This document shows positions 10,949 through 21,128 of a stretch of 64,000 nucleotides of DNA, piece by piece. Location of the stretch: positions 132,174-196,173 of the forward strand of contig CALGLP010000015.1 in NCBI GenBank assembly GCA_937930175.1. The letters are read 5' to 3'. Every line of letters starts with the position of its first letter. The first letter of the stretch is position 1. A model generated the notes under the pieces. That model was not told the origin of the DNA, did no database searches, and was given only the letters and a program-made list of their open reading frames with translations. This DNA comes from an uncultured bacterium (GTDB lineage: Bacteria; Omnitrophota; Gorgyraeia; Zapsychrales; Aceulaceae). A program made the translations under genes and the position numbers.

Positions 10949-10990
10949 GTTCTCCGAGGCAACAAGGACAGCACCTTCCTTAATATGCCC

Positions 10991-11311
10991 CTACTTGACC
11001 TTACTCCCAATCTTGACATCATGATCAGGCTCTAAAATTGATGGCCCAAATTCATCCGACGCAGCCAAAAGCATGCCCTGGGACTCTTCACCGCGCAAAA
11101 CCACGGGCTCTAGGTTATTGACAACCACAACCTTGCGGCCGATCAAAGCTTCCTTGGCATACGAGGAGCGAATCCCTGCCACGATCTGCTTTTCTCCGCT
11201 ACCGGTGTCGATTTTGATCACAAAAAGCCTATCGGCATTAGGATGCTCTTTGACTTCTTTAATTTGCGCGACAATCAATTCGAGATTCTGAAACTCTTTG
11301 ATACTAACCAT
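10991..11311 (-). CDS. tRNA-binding domain protein (CsaA/Myf-like)
   Basis: Start at MVSIKEF with AAGGAG RBS 7 nt upstream; conserved tRNA-binding OB-fold pattern (HPNADRLFVIKIDTG...VVVVNNLEP). Confidence 0.8.
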   Translation of the reverse strand: MVSIKEFQNLELIVAQIKEVKEHPNADRLFVIKIDTGSGEKQIVAGIRSSYAKEALIGRKVVVVNNLEPVVLRGEESQGMLLAASDEFGPSILEPDHDVKIGSKVK

Positions 11312-11403
11312 GCTTAAGCTCCTTTTTATAGATTTTTTAAGATGTGGATATTCTACCATATTTACCACAAGAGACAAGGTTTGCAGGATTGAAGGTGAAA
11401 TTG

Positions 11404-13077
11404 ATGTCGGCTTTCTTTCATGCTATACTGCTGCTCATGATCCATATCTTGAAAAATTTCATTGCCTTTTTTCTTCGCTACCAAAAGATTTTCTTCTTCA
11501 TCCTCACACTTACATTAACAATCGCCATCTTTTTCCCTATTCACAATCTGATGCTTCCGCTTGCGCAAGGCGACCATGGACGAGATCTCTACGCCTTTAC
11601 CCAAACCATGCAAGGCGCGGAGCCTTATCAAGACTATCTCTGGACCTACGGTCCTTTCATGCCCTATTATTACGCTGGTATCTTTAAAATCCTCGGCCCA
11701 ACCATTCAAAACGCGATTTGTGGTGAAATAGCGATCAAGATCTTAGGCGTTATGGCTTTCTATTTCGCACTAGGATGTTTTGTGCCGCTTCTTTGGGCCT
11801 CCTTGGGTGCCTTGTGGCTGGCCTCCTTTTACCCGCATTTTTGTCACACCTTTAATCATGCTGGCGGCATCAGCGCTCTTTTACTCACCATCCTCGCTCT
11901 TTTCTTGTACCTTAAAACACAAAAACGCAAATTCGTTTGGCTCGGGTTTCTTGCCGTCGCGCTTGTTTCTCTTATTAAGATCAATTTTGGTGTTTTCGGT
12001 TTTCTGGCTTTCGCACTATCGATCGCCCTGATCGATGGCACAAACAAAATATTCTTTAAAAATATAAAATTCTACTTCTACAGTTCTTTCGTAACAGGAT
12101 TAGGCATCGTCTTCGTCCACCTCTTTTTTATTCGCAAACTTCCCTTCTACTACATTCTCCAATGTTTTTCCCTTCTAAAAAATTACCAACAAGCTGGTTA
12201 TGCCCCAAGCATCCCTTTAGAGCAAAATATTCTTAACTTTCTTCAGAAAACATTGACCCAAAACATCACTTTCTGGCCATATCTGATCGTGATGATCATT
12301 GTTTTGAGCCTCTTGGGACTTCTCGGTATTCTCTGCAGCAGAGACAAGAAACAATGGCCAACGCATAAAACAACCCTTCTTGTTCTTGCCACGACAAGCA
12401 TCTTTGTTGTGCTCATGCTCCACGAGGCCTTTTTAAGCGAACGCATCTACGCCAAATATTGGGGAGCGCCTTTTCAAATGCTTTTTATTTTCCTCATTAT
12501 TGGCATCATGATCACAAGAACTCCTCGCCTCTTACAAATCGCTTTAGCCCTATTTTTAAGCGCTGTTATTTTTACTAACACCCAACGGCTTCATCGCATC
12601 ATTGGCTTTTTCAAAACCCCCGCGCACCGCTTTCAAATAGACTCAAATGATATTTACATCACCAACGCCATGGACTGGCTTGCAACCGTGCACCAAACCA
12701 CATCCTTTCTCAAAGCTAATCTTAAAAAGGATGAACTCTTTTTAGCCTTACCCTGCGACACGCTCTATTATTTCTTAACAAACAAACCAAGTCCAACACG
12801 CGAGCTTTACTTTTTTACCTTTGTCAATATCCCACCTGTGCAAGAAAAGGAGATCATTACAAAGCTCGAAAATAAAAAAGTAAACTACATCCTCCTTTCC
12901 AATCGTTGTCAGACCGACGAGGCTGGCATGGGAACATTTGGCAAGGACTATTGCCCTTTGCTCGCACAATATATCTTAAAGAATTTTAGTGCAATTGAAG
13001 CCTTTGGAGATTGGAATCGACCTGCGGGTTGGATCGACAATCATGCGGTGAGGATTTTAAAACGGAAAAATCCTTAA
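11404..13077 (+). CDS. Polytopic integral membrane protein, possibly GT-C-type glycosyltransferase
   Basis: Start at MSAFFHAILLL with GAAGGTG RBS; >10 predicted TM helices; periplasmic-loop acidic motif GDHGRDLY; family assignment uncertain. Confidence 0.55.
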   Translation: MSAFFHAILLLMIHILKNFIAFFLRYQKIFFFILTLTLTIAIFFPIHNLMLPLAQGDHGRDLYAFTQTMQGAEPYQDYLWTYGPFMPYYYAGIFKILGPTIQNAICGEIAIKILGVMAFYFALGCFVPLLWASLGALWLASFYPHFCHTFNHAGGISALLLTILALFLYLKTQKRKFVWLGFLAVALVSLIKINFGVFGFLAFALSIALIDGTNKIFFKNIKFYFYSSFVTGLGIVFVHLFFIRKLPFYYILQCFSLLKNYQQAGYAPSIPLEQNILNFLQKTLTQNITFWPYLIVMIIVLSLLGLLGILCSRDKKQWPTHKTTLLVLATTSIFVVLMLHEAFLSERIYAKYWGAPFQMLFIFLIIGIMITRTPRLLQIALALFLSAVIFTNTQRLHRIIGFFKTPAHRFQIDSNDIYITNAMDWLATVHQTTSFLKANLKKDELFLALPCDTLYYFLTNKPSPTRELYFFTFVNIPPVQEKEIITKLENKKVNYILLSNRCQTDEAGMGTFGKDYCPLLAQYILKNFSAIEAFGDWNRPAGWIDNHAVRILKRKNP

Positions 13078-13207
13078 GTTTCCCACTACTGCTTGCAGTT
13101 TTCTAATACTCATGATTCAAAATCAAAGGGCGCCTATCTTTTAAGATAGGCGCCCTTTAAAACTCAACAAACATGCTTATATTTTCAAACTGACCAGCTC
13201 CCTATAC

Positions 13208-13246
13208 AAAAAAATAGCCCCTCAGGAAGAGGAGCTATTTTTTGTA
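13208..13246. terminator. Bidirectional rho-independent terminator
   Basis: Hairpin atagcccctc/gaggagctat flanked by A-run on one side and T-run on the other; sits between 3' end of membrane-protein gene (+) and 3' end of tRNA-Asp (-). Confidence 0.6.
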
Positions 13247-13250
13247 TACA

Positions 13251-13325
13251 CGGACTGGACGAGATTTGAACTCGCGATCTTCAGCGTGACAAGCTGACAT
13301 GTTAACCAGGCTACACCACCAGTCC
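13251..13325 (-). tRNA. tRNA-Asp (anticodon GUC)
   Basis: 75-nt cloverleaf folded by hand: acceptor GGACUGG/CCAGUCC, T-loop UUCAAAU, anticodon loop UUGUCAC; no encoded CCA. Confidence 0.9.
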
Positions 13326-13354
13326 AAAATATTTAAGAACACTACCAGCAAATA

Positions 13355-13431
13355 TGGTGGGCAATGGAGGACTCGAACCCCCGACCCTCTGAATGTAAGT
13401 CAGATGCTCTAACCAGCTGAGCTAATCGCCC
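13355..13431 (-). tRNA. tRNA-Val (anticodon UAC)
   Basis: 77-nt cloverleaf: acceptor GGGCGAU/AUUGCCC, T-loop UUCGAGU, anticodon loop CUUACAU, encoded CCA. Confidence 0.9.
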
Positions 13432-13445
13432 TCTTTGGAAGCGCT

Positions 13446-13474
13446 ATATTACAATAAAAAAAATAAGCTGTCAA
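13446..13474 (-). promoter_or_regulatory. Sigma70-type promoter of tRNA-Val/tRNA-Asp operon (TTGACA-17-TAATAT)
   Basis: Consensus -35 and near-consensus -10 with 17-nt spacer, -10 ends ~14 nt upstream of tRNA-Val 5' end. Confidence 0.6.
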
Positions 13475-14029
13475 CCCCGTTAGAGAAAATGCATTGGGCC
13501 ATATTAAATGTTGCCGAACAAAAACTGAAACCCATTCATTGGTTCATCATTCATGTTACCGTATCCGCCGAGATTGTCTTTCTTTTCGCAGGAGCGCTCA
13601 TGTTCCCCAGCGTGGAACCTTTCGCTCGGTGTTCGGCTTCGCTCCTTTGCCCAAAGACAGGGCAAAGACCATGCCCGCGAAGCCAGCACAACGTCCTGCT
13701 CAAAGCAAGGCAATCTCTTGGAGCGTTCTTCTTTGGCAACAGTCTTGAAAGATCAACAAGGGTTGAAAGGCGTGCTGGCATTGTCCTCTCGCGAGTTCCC
13801 TAGACCTCAGATTTCTTTCATTTTTCTAATCAAATCTGAGGACTAGGGTGTTTGAGTGAAGGATAATGCCAACACGCCTTACCCAAACAAGAACTTGTTC
13901 AGTAACATTTATCAATAAACCAACGGGAAAATACCACAATCTAAACGATACGCTTACAGGGCTAAATGTTATCTTAATTCTTTATTTCAAAACCACTCTC
14001 ATACGGTTCTTAAGCAGGGTCAAGCTCTT

Positions 14030-14485
14030 TTACCCGCTAATCTTGCCAACTGACATCAAAGAGAAAACCATTGTAAAAATAGCAACGGTTTCAATGATCC
14101 CCAAAACAATCAAATAATTCCCAAATCCTTTGCCGGTCTCCCCTAAAGCATCGGAAGCGCCTGCGCCCGCCTTGCCTTGCATCCACGCGGACATGCCAAT
14201 GGCAAGCCCTGCGAAAAGCCCTGTCCACCACAAATGCGCTCCCTTGCTTGATGATTCAAGAATCGCGTTCATCAAAATCATACCGTAAATCGTTTGGGAT
14301 AAAGGTGCGCCAACAAAAGCTGCCAATAAAAACGGTGCTTGTTTATTTTGCACAAAACACTTTTTCCATGCCCCCACAGCCGCCATGCCGGCCGCACCAG
14401 CGCCTAATCCAGAACCAACAGCCGAAAGACCTAAAGCTGCAGCAGCACCAAGATCCTGAAACTGAACTAACGTATTCGCATCCAT
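14030..14485 (-). CDS. atpK: V-type ATP synthase subunit K (proteolipid)
   Basis: Start at MDANT with AAGGAG RBS; Gly/Ala-rich two-hairpin proteolipid with conserved Glu in last helix. Confidence 0.85.
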   Translation of the reverse strand: MDANTLVQFQDLGAAAALGLSAVGSGLGAGAAGMAAVGAWKKCFVQNKQAPFLLAAFVGAPLSQTIYGMILMNAILESSSKGAHLWWTGLFAGLAIGMSAWMQGKAGAGASDALGETGKGFGNYLIVLGIIETVAIFTMVFSLMSVGKISG

Positions 14486-14498
14486 TCGTTTCTCCTTT

Positions 14499-16262
14499 TT
14501 AAATTTTAATATTTTTTGTTTTCGATAAAGGGTCATAGGCGACCCCTGACCATTCCATGCTCAAATGACTTGAGAATTCCAAAATATTTAAACGTATGCC
14601 ATGGACCATAATCGCCATAAAACCAAGTGTCAAATTTAAGGCATGCCCTACGAACAAAACGAGGATAGCCGCCACGCCAGAAAAGATTGTTTTAAATCCA
14701 ATCCCCATAACCATTTGATTAAACGCATCAGCAACTGCAACCGATGCCAGACCAACAGCAGCAAGACGAATATACGAAACAACATCTGTGAACATATTCA
14801 CAATGCTCATGAGAAGGGTTCCAAGGCCAACCCCAATAGTTTTGAAAATATTGCTTGTTTTCTGATTGAAAAAAATAACAAGAAAACATCCAGCATAGAG
14901 TAAATACATAATCAGAGGGGACATTATTTCATTTAAAATAAGTGCTTTCGCAAGAAAAAACATAAACCATAAAATCACAATCCATCCCACATCAGCTAGG
15001 GCCGTGGTCGATGGCATCTTAATCAAGGCACGCCAAGCATGCGCGATGCTCAAATGTGTTGCCCCAATAAAAAAACAAAGCATCTGCATGTTGCGCGTGT
15101 CGTTAAGCCATGGAAGCCATGGCTTAAAAGAGGGAATCAAGCTCTGGCCAAAGAAAACACCGGTTAAGACGCCCCAGACAATCGCACACATGCTAAAAAC
15201 ATACATCAAAGATAATAACTTCTTATCTTCAAGCGTATCGTTATTTTTAAGATGAAAGAAAACGATAGCCAAAAGAATCACAATGCCATATCCTGCGTCT
15301 CCAATCAGCATACCGAAAAATAAAGACAAAAATAATAAAAAGAAAATACTGATATCAAGCTCTTTATAACCTGGCAGAATATTCATGATCGCAAACACTG
15401 GCTTGATCAACTCCACCCATTTAGGATTTTTAATTAAGGTTGGAACCTTATCCTCATCGCTGGGCTCTTCCATAACCAGGCCCCATTTTTGCGTACGCGC
15501 GAGATGTTGGATTTTGGCAAAGTTTTCTGACGGACAAAACCCTTTAAGATAAAAAAGACCCTGGCTCTCTCCCATGCCCGCCAAGGCCTCCTGAAGCCTT
15601 AAATCCGAATTCTTTTTTTCTAAACGATCTTTGAAGGCATTCAAATAAACGCTATTTTCTTTGAGCTCTTTTTCCAGAGCCAAAATCTTTCGGGCATCCG
15701 CTTCTTGGAGCCTCATCATGTCGCCCAGACTTATTGTTGGCCAAGCGATCTCTGGAAAAGAAAGAGACGGCTCTTCCTGGCTTATCACAATGCAATGCGC
15801 GATCTTTTCATGAACAAAAACTGTTTCACAGACAACGCCTTCTGGCAAATGCTCAAGTTCAGCTTCCGGGATCCTATAAAGCTTGACAGACAACCCCCTA
15901 GAACGAAGAATCTGCACGTCCTGCAGATCAAAATCTCCCCAGGGCTGCCAAAAATGAATCAGGGTTTGGCGTTTGGCCATCTCGTCTTTGATGTGAGTTA
16001 ACTGAGAAAGTCGATACGTTAACGTATCGACTTTCTCCTCTGCCGCTTCTCGCTCTTGCTGCCCTTGAGGGGAACATTTCTGGAAATAATCAACTAAAGT
16101 AACAAGCTTTTGGACTTCCTCTTTGAGCGTAACAATTTCTTGCCCTTCCGGAAGCTTCTGATGCTCAACGTGCACTGTTCCCAAGCCCCTTAATTCTTCA
16201 AGGGCTGATGCCGCGTCTTTATTTTGAACAATAAGAAAAATCTTTTTCATGGGAACAATCAT
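14499..16262 (-). CDS. atpI: V-type ATP synthase subunit I (a-subunit)
   Basis: 587 aa; hydrophilic N-terminal half plus multi-TM C-terminal half; start ATG overlaps stop of atpD (ATGA). Confidence 0.85.
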   Translation of the reverse strand: MIVPMKKIFLIVQNKDAASALEELRGLGTVHVEHQKLPEGQEIVTLKEEVQKLVTLVDYFQKCSPQGQQEREAAEEKVDTLTYRLSQLTHIKDEMAKRQTLIHFWQPWGDFDLQDVQILRSRGLSVKLYRIPEAELEHLPEGVVCETVFVHEKIAHCIVISQEEPSLSFPEIAWPTISLGDMMRLQEADARKILALEKELKENSVYLNAFKDRLEKKNSDLRLQEALAGMGESQGLFYLKGFCPSENFAKIQHLARTQKWGLVMEEPSDEDKVPTLIKNPKWVELIKPVFAIMNILPGYKELDISIFFLLFLSLFFGMLIGDAGYGIVILLAIVFFHLKNNDTLEDKKLLSLMYVFSMCAIVWGVLTGVFFGQSLIPSFKPWLPWLNDTRNMQMLCFFIGATHLSIAHAWRALIKMPSTTALADVGWIVILWFMFFLAKALILNEIMSPLIMYLLYAGCFLVIFFNQKTSNIFKTIGVGLGTLLMSIVNMFTDVVSYIRLAAVGLASVAVADAFNQMVMGIGFKTIFSGVAAILVLFVGHALNLTLGFMAIMVHGIRLNILEFSSHLSMEWSGVAYDPLSKTKNIKI

Positions 16263-16876
16263 GCGAAAGCCTCCGCTAACACAGCCGCTTCAATTTTTCG
16301 CTTCGCGACCTTGCTCACGCCAACCGCATTGGCTTGTTGATCGCCTAAATAAATGCGAATGACACGAATATTCTCAACGCATTCAGGAATTTTCACCTTT
16401 TCAAACAAGTTCACACGCTGCGTCGTGATCATGAGCTCTTTGTGTAAAATAGCGATTTGCTTTTCGATCACGCGGATCTCAACGAACAAAGAACAAAACG
16501 TCCTTATTCTTTTAATAGCCTCATCCACCCAAAACGGCATCGCATAAAAATCATAATCCAAAGGCGCAAAACTAATTGCGCGAAATACAGGGATATCCGC
16601 GCCAGCAATATTTTGCGTTTCTAACTGCACCGCCTGAGGCCGAATCCATTTTTTAATATCAACGCCAGGATCCGCAAGCAACCCCACCCACGTTAAAAGA
16701 TCCCTGTCAACCTCTTGGAACGCGTCTTGTCTTTTTTCAAGATCTGTTCGAATTTGAAAAATCTTGATTTGCAATTGTTGCTTTTTAAGCTGCAGCGTCG
16801 GCAAATAATGCAAAAACTGCGTGAGGCTGTCACGCTGACGCTTAAGCTCATGCTTACTTAACTTAACCTTAGGCAT
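16259..16876 (-). CDS. atpD: V-type ATP synthase subunit D
   Basis: 205 aa; N-terminal VKLSKHELKRQRDSL pattern of V-ATPase D; sits between B and I as in canonical operons. Confidence 0.8.
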   Translation of the reverse strand: MPKVKLSKHELKRQRDSLTQFLHYLPTLQLKKQQLQIKIFQIRTDLEKRQDAFQEVDRDLLTWVGLLADPGVDIKKWIRPQAVQLETQNIAGADIPVFRAISFAPLDYDFYAMPFWVDEAIKRIRTFCSLFVEIRVIEKQIAILHKELMITTQRVNLFEKVKIPECVENIRVIRIYLGDQQANAVGVSKVAKRKIEAAVLAEAFA

Positions 16877-16879
16877 TCT

Positions 16880-18175
16880 TTATTTCTTTCGCCAATACTT
16901 TTTAACAAGGGCATCTTTGATCCCGACTTCCGCAGGTTCAAACACATCAGAGAGAATGTCCCAGCCCAAATCTAGCGCCTTTTCAAGGACAATGTTGACC
17001 GACAACGCCATCATCTCTTTTTCAAAACGTTGCCCATACTTTAAAAGCTTTTCATCCCAAGCACTCATGCGAAAACCCATGGAACGCTTTTCCAAAGTTT
17101 CACGATACTGGGCATACAGCTGGATCATGCGATCCATAATAGCGCGATGGTCGTCGCGTGTTTTTCCATTGACCTGCTGCTTTAAACGACTCAGCGATCC
17201 AAACGGCTCGATACGCCCGCCTTTCAAATAAAACTGTCCTTCGGTAATATACCCTGTGTTGTCAGGAACAGGATGCGTGACATCATCACCGGGCATGGTG
17301 GTCACCGCAAGAATCGTAATCGATCCAGCGGTATCAAAATCAACAGCCTTTTCATAGCGCTTGGCCAACTGACTATAAAGATCACCTGGGTAACCGCGAT
17401 TCGATGGGATTTGCTCCATGGTGATCGCGATTTCTTTTAACGCGTCGCAAAAGTTAGTCATGTCGGTTAACAAAACAAGCACGCGCTTATTTTGCAAGGC
17501 AAACTGCTCTGCCACCGCCAAGCACATATCCGGCACCAGAAGACACTCAACCGTCGGATCAGAGGCCGTATGAATAAAGAAAATGCTTTTGGCAAGCGAG
17601 CCATGTTTTTCCAAAGTATCTTTAAAAAACAAATAGTCATCATGTTTAAGTCCCATGCCACCTAAAATAATCAAATCGATCTCCGCCTGCATCGCAATAC
17701 GCGCCAAAAGCTCATTGTAAGGCTCGCCAGCCACAGAAAAAATCGGCAACTTCTGCGACTCCACCAGCGAATTAAACACATCGATCATCGGAACACCCGT
17801 ACGGATCATTTTGTCAGGAACAATGCGCTTGGCAGGATTGACTGACGGGCCACCAAGACTAATCATGTTTTCAGAAAGCGCTGGGCCATTATCGCGCGGC
17901 GCCCCGCTTCCTGTAAAAATACGGCCTAAAAGATTATCTGAAAAAGAGACCTGCATCGGATGCTTTAAAAACCGCACCTTGTCGTTGGTGGAGATCCCAC
18001 GGCTGCCGTTTAACACCTGTAGAGAAACCCGCGGCCCATCCAAACGGATCACCTGCGCTAAAGAAACCCCTGAACGCGCCTGGACCTCAGCGAGCTCTCC
18101 ATAACCGATCGCCTCAGCCTCGACAGTGATTACATCGCCCGCAATTTGAATAATTTCATTATATGTTTTATGCAT
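16880..18175 (-). CDS. atpB: V-type ATP synthase subunit B
   Basis: 431 aa; regulatory B-subunit sequence pattern without a complete P-loop. Confidence 0.9.
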   Translation of the reverse strand: MHKTYNEIIQIAGDVITVEAEAIGYGELAEVQARSGVSLAQVIRLDGPRVSLQVLNGSRGISTNDKVRFLKHPMQVSFSDNLLGRIFTGSGAPRDNGPALSENMISLGGPSVNPAKRIVPDKMIRTGVPMIDVFNSLVESQKLPIFSVAGEPYNELLARIAMQAEIDLIILGGMGLKHDDYLFFKDTLEKHGSLAKSIFFIHTASDPTVECLLVPDMCLAVAEQFALQNKRVLVLLTDMTNFCDALKEIAITMEQIPSNRGYPGDLYSQLAKRYEKAVDFDTAGSITILAVTTMPGDDVTHPVPDNTGYITEGQFYLKGGRIEPFGSLSRLKQQVNGKTRDDHRAIMDRMIQLYAQYRETLEKRSMGFRMSAWDEKLLKYGQRFEKEMMALSVNIVLEKALDLGWDILSDVFEPAEVGIKDALVKKYWRKK

Positions 18176-18187
18176 CGTTAGCCACCT

Positions 18188-19915
18188 TTACTTACTATTA
18201 ATTTGCGCTTCAATTTCTTTATGCAAAAGTTTAAAGGGATCCGATAAAAACGGCATCGTATTCCAATTAACAAATTTCTGACGTAAATTCAGAAAAAACG
18301 CTCTCGCCTCTTCTTTGTCCTGGAACGAAAACTTTTTTACGATCACGCCTAGCAAAACATCAAAGACATAAGCCTGGCGATCTGAGGCCGTAGCTTCATC
18401 GATCTCGTCAAAGGCATTTTGCTGCAAATAGACCGCATCAAAAAAATCACCTTTGAGATAATCTAGAAAATCCTCCATCGCGGTTCCCTCTTCGCCAACA
18501 ACCTTCATCATCTGGTCGACTTCTTCGCTGCGCTTTAAGATCGCGGTCCCCGCCTTGACCTTGTCTTGCGCAATAAAACTTTCATACTTGCTCCAACTCT
18601 GCAGCGGGTCCACCGCAGGATACTTGCGCGCGTTAGCACGGTCACGCGATAGCCCATGAAAAGCACCAACCACTTTAAGCGTTGACTGCGTTACAGGCTC
18701 TTCAAAATTACCACCCGCAGGGCTCACCGTGCCACCAATGGTGATCGATCCCATCGTTCCATCGCGAAGCAAAACAACCCCCGCACGCTCATAAAACGAC
18801 GCGATGCGCGTCTCAAGATAGGCGGGAAAGGCTTCTTCCCCTGGAATCTCTTCCAGGCGTCCTGACATCTCACGCATAGCCTGCGCCCAACGTGATGTCG
18901 AGTCAGCCAGCAACAACACATTCAATCCCATTTGCCGATAATATTCAGCGATCGTTACCGCGGTATAAACGCTCGACTCCCGCGCCGCTACAGGCATAGA
19001 CGATGTATTGCAAATAACAACCGTACGATCCATCAATGTTTTTTTGGTTCGCGGATCGATCAGCTCAGGAAATGTTTTTAAAAGCTCGACCACCTCGCCG
19101 GCACGCTCTCCGCATGCCGCGATGATCACAATGTCCACCTCAGCATGACGGCTCAGCAAATGCTGCAACACGGTTTTGCCAGCGCCAAAAGGTCCGGGTG
19201 TGCAAAACGTACCGCCGATCGCGACGGGAACAAGCGTGTCAATAATCCGAATTTTCGTGACCAACGGTTGTGATGGTTTTAATTTCTTCTGATACGCGCG
19301 AATCGGAACCTTAACAGGCCAAACCGTTTTCATGGTCACCGCGTGGGTACGCCCTTGATCATCACGCAAAGAAGCAATGACGGCCGTGAGATCATGCTTG
19401 CCCTTCGATGCAATCTCTGTCACTTCAAGCTCCCCAGATAAATCAAAAGGAACCATGATCATGTGGGCAAAAATCTTTTCAAGAACAGACCCCAGCTTGA
19501 CCCCGGAGCGCACCTTATCGCCTTTTTTGACTAAGGGCGTAAAATCCCATAACTGATCTTCTTTAAGCGCGTTCAAATAAATACCGCGCTTTAGAAAAAA
19601 GCCATGATCATGCGCTAAACGCTCCAAAGGATTTTGTAGTCCATCATAAACTTGACCCAAGAGCCCCGGGCCAAGCTCAACGCTTAAAAGCTCTCCTGAA
19701 AACTCCACCACGTCGCCGACTTTCACATCATTGGTGTCTTCAAAAACTTGAAGCTCTGCCCTTTTGCCACGGACACGGATCACCTCTGATTTTAAACGAT
19801 TCTTCCCTTGGTGCACAAAGGCCACTTCATTTTGAACAACACGGTCCTCAAACATAACAGAAACCATGTTGCCGTTAACCCCACTCACATACCCTTTTCT
19901 AAGCTCTGCTGACAT
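18188..19915 (-). CDS. atpA: V-type ATP synthase subunit A (catalytic)
   Basis: 575 aa; Walker A GPFGAGKT, Walker B and the non-homologous insert region typical of A subunits. Confidence 0.9.
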   Translation of the reverse strand: MSAELRKGYVSGVNGNMVSVMFEDRVVQNEVAFVHQGKNRLKSEVIRVRGKRAELQVFEDTNDVKVGDVVEFSGELLSVELGPGLLGQVYDGLQNPLERLAHDHGFFLKRGIYLNALKEDQLWDFTPLVKKGDKVRSGVKLGSVLEKIFAHMIMVPFDLSGELEVTEIASKGKHDLTAVIASLRDDQGRTHAVTMKTVWPVKVPIRAYQKKLKPSQPLVTKIRIIDTLVPVAIGGTFCTPGPFGAGKTVLQHLLSRHAEVDIVIIAACGERAGEVVELLKTFPELIDPRTKKTLMDRTVVICNTSSMPVAARESSVYTAVTIAEYYRQMGLNVLLLADSTSRWAQAMREMSGRLEEIPGEEAFPAYLETRIASFYERAGVVLLRDGTMGSITIGGTVSPAGGNFEEPVTQSTLKVVGAFHGLSRDRANARKYPAVDPLQSWSKYESFIAQDKVKAGTAILKRSEEVDQMMKVVGEEGTAMEDFLDYLKGDFFDAVYLQQNAFDEIDEATASDRQAYVFDVLLGVIVKKFSFQDKEEARAFFLNLRQKFVNWNTMPFLSDPFKLLHKEIEAQINSK

Positions 19916-19932
19916 ATACCACTCCTTCGGTG

Positions 19933-20481
19933 CTAAAGATGAATATTCTCAAAAATTTCAACATCTTTATAATGTGCAAACTTTTCCTGGCCCTTGGCCG
20001 ACGCCAATTCATGATGACGGTCAAGGATTTGAAGCTTCAAACCATAAACAATAATAACATCCAGATCAAAAGAATGTCCAGACGACAACTCCTCAAATTT
20101 CTTCCAACGAAAAAGATCCAAAGCCTTCTGGGCCTCCAGTGGATTCACCATCTTTGCAGCCTGCGCCACGCTCTCGCTTATCTCCCCAGGCATATAATGG
20201 TCCCCGCGAAAGAAATCCGCGCTATCCCGGGAAAGCGTTTTGCAGCGAAAAAGCGCGATTTCATTCTTCAGTCTCCGGTTCAAATCTGCCAACACCTGGA
20301 GGGTGGGATGCGGCGCAACAAGCGCATCATAATCAAGCGTGGCCATAGTAAGAAAATGAAAATCACCGGCGGATAAATGACGACGGGCTTCCTCCAAGAA
20401 GTCAGGATACAAAAGACTCACGGATTGATCAAAATCAAGCGAAGGAAGACTTGCCACAAAATAATAATAAGGATATCCCAT
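19933..20481 (-). CDS. DUF2764-like protein (putative V-ATPase accessory subunit)
   Basis: 182 aa; positional equivalent of the DUF2764 gene between atpE and atpA in Bacteroidetes/Chlamydiae/Spirochaete-type V-ATPase operons. Confidence 0.55.
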   Translation of the reverse strand: MGYPYYYFVASLPSLDFDQSVSLLYPDFLEEARRHLSAGDFHFLTMATLDYDALVAPHPTLQVLADLNRRLKNEIALFRCKTLSRDSADFFRGDHYMPGEISESVAQAAKMVNPLEAQKALDLFRWKKFEELSSGHSFDLDVIIVYGLKLQILDRHHELASAKGQEKFAHYKDVEIFENIHL

Positions 20482-20488
20482 GAAAATA

Positions 20489-21106
20489 TTATTTAGGTTT
20501 AGACGCGTCTTTTAATAACGCGGAGATCTGTGGGTTAAGATAAGCGCTTAGGTATTGCGCCAAGCTTTGATCTGAGAAATCAAAAGACGATTTACCTTGG
20601 TCAAAACTAATACGCAAACCAGCGCCCATGTCTTCGGCAGAAGAGATCACAAACTTAGTTTTTACTTCTTTTTGCAGATGCGCAAGAACATGCTCAATCA
20701 ATTTTTCCTTATCCTTAAGACTCACCTCAATCTTAATAGGCTCTGCGGATACCTTATCTAACGATTTAAGAACCAATTCTTGAATGATCCCAGAAAGGGC
20801 TTCGGCGGTTAACGCGCCGCGCACATCTTTGAGAACGATCTTGTTTAAAAGCCCGGTGATCTCTTTTCTTAAGCTAAGCATCATATCACGGCTAGCCTGC
20901 TTGATCGACATCTTGGCACTCTCCTCAAGCTTTTTTGCCTCTAGCTTAGCCTGCTCGACCATGGCAGCAGCTTTCTTCTCTGCCTCTTTGATTGTTTTCT
21001 CACCTTGCAGCTTGGCAAGATGCTCAATGTCTTGAGCTTTTTGCTCGGCAACCTCAATACCTTCCCGTTTAATTTTATCGATCAACTCTTGCACTTGCTT
21101 AACCAT
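20489..21106 (-). CDS. atpE: V-type ATP synthase subunit E
   Basis: 205 aa; long charged N-terminal helix (EAEKKAAAMVEQAKLEAKKLEE) and globular C-terminus typical of subunit E. Confidence 0.8.
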   Translation of the reverse strand: MVKQVQELIDKIKREGIEVAEQKAQDIEHLAKLQGEKTIKEAEKKAAAMVEQAKLEAKKLEESAKMSIKQASRDMMLSLRKEITGLLNKIVLKDVRGALTAEALSGIIQELVLKSLDKVSAEPIKIEVSLKDKEKLIEHVLAHLQKEVKTKFVISSAEDMGAGLRISFDQGKSSFDFSDQSLAQYLSAYLNPQISALLKDASKPK

Positions 21107-21128
21107 ATATAAACTCCTGTCAGAAACG

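Noticed and set aside
13127-13160. Perfect 16-bp palindrome aaagggcgcctatctt-tt-aagataggcgcccttt as a terminator
   Set aside because: It is a strong hairpin but has no adjacent U-run on either strand, and the real bidirectional terminator lies 50 nt further on at 13208..13246. It may be a protein-binding palindrome, but this is unsupported.
13435-13846. Five overlapping ORFs (13435..13803+, 13494..13748+, 13504..13713-, 13551..13781-, 13553..13846+) as protein-coding genes
   Set aside because: They are mutually overlapping in several frames within a GC-rich patch, with no RBS and no recognisable protein features. This pattern is typical of structured RNA or non-coding GC islands, so I report the region as a candidate ncRNA instead.
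13480-13860. Assigning the GC-rich segment specifically to RNase P RNA, tmRNA or SRP RNA
   Set aside because: I could not find the P4 motifs (GGAAAGUCCGG / ACAGAAACCCGGCUUA) or the tmRNA T-arm/tag region, and found only a weak resemblance to SRP domain IV. The evidence is insufficient to name a class.
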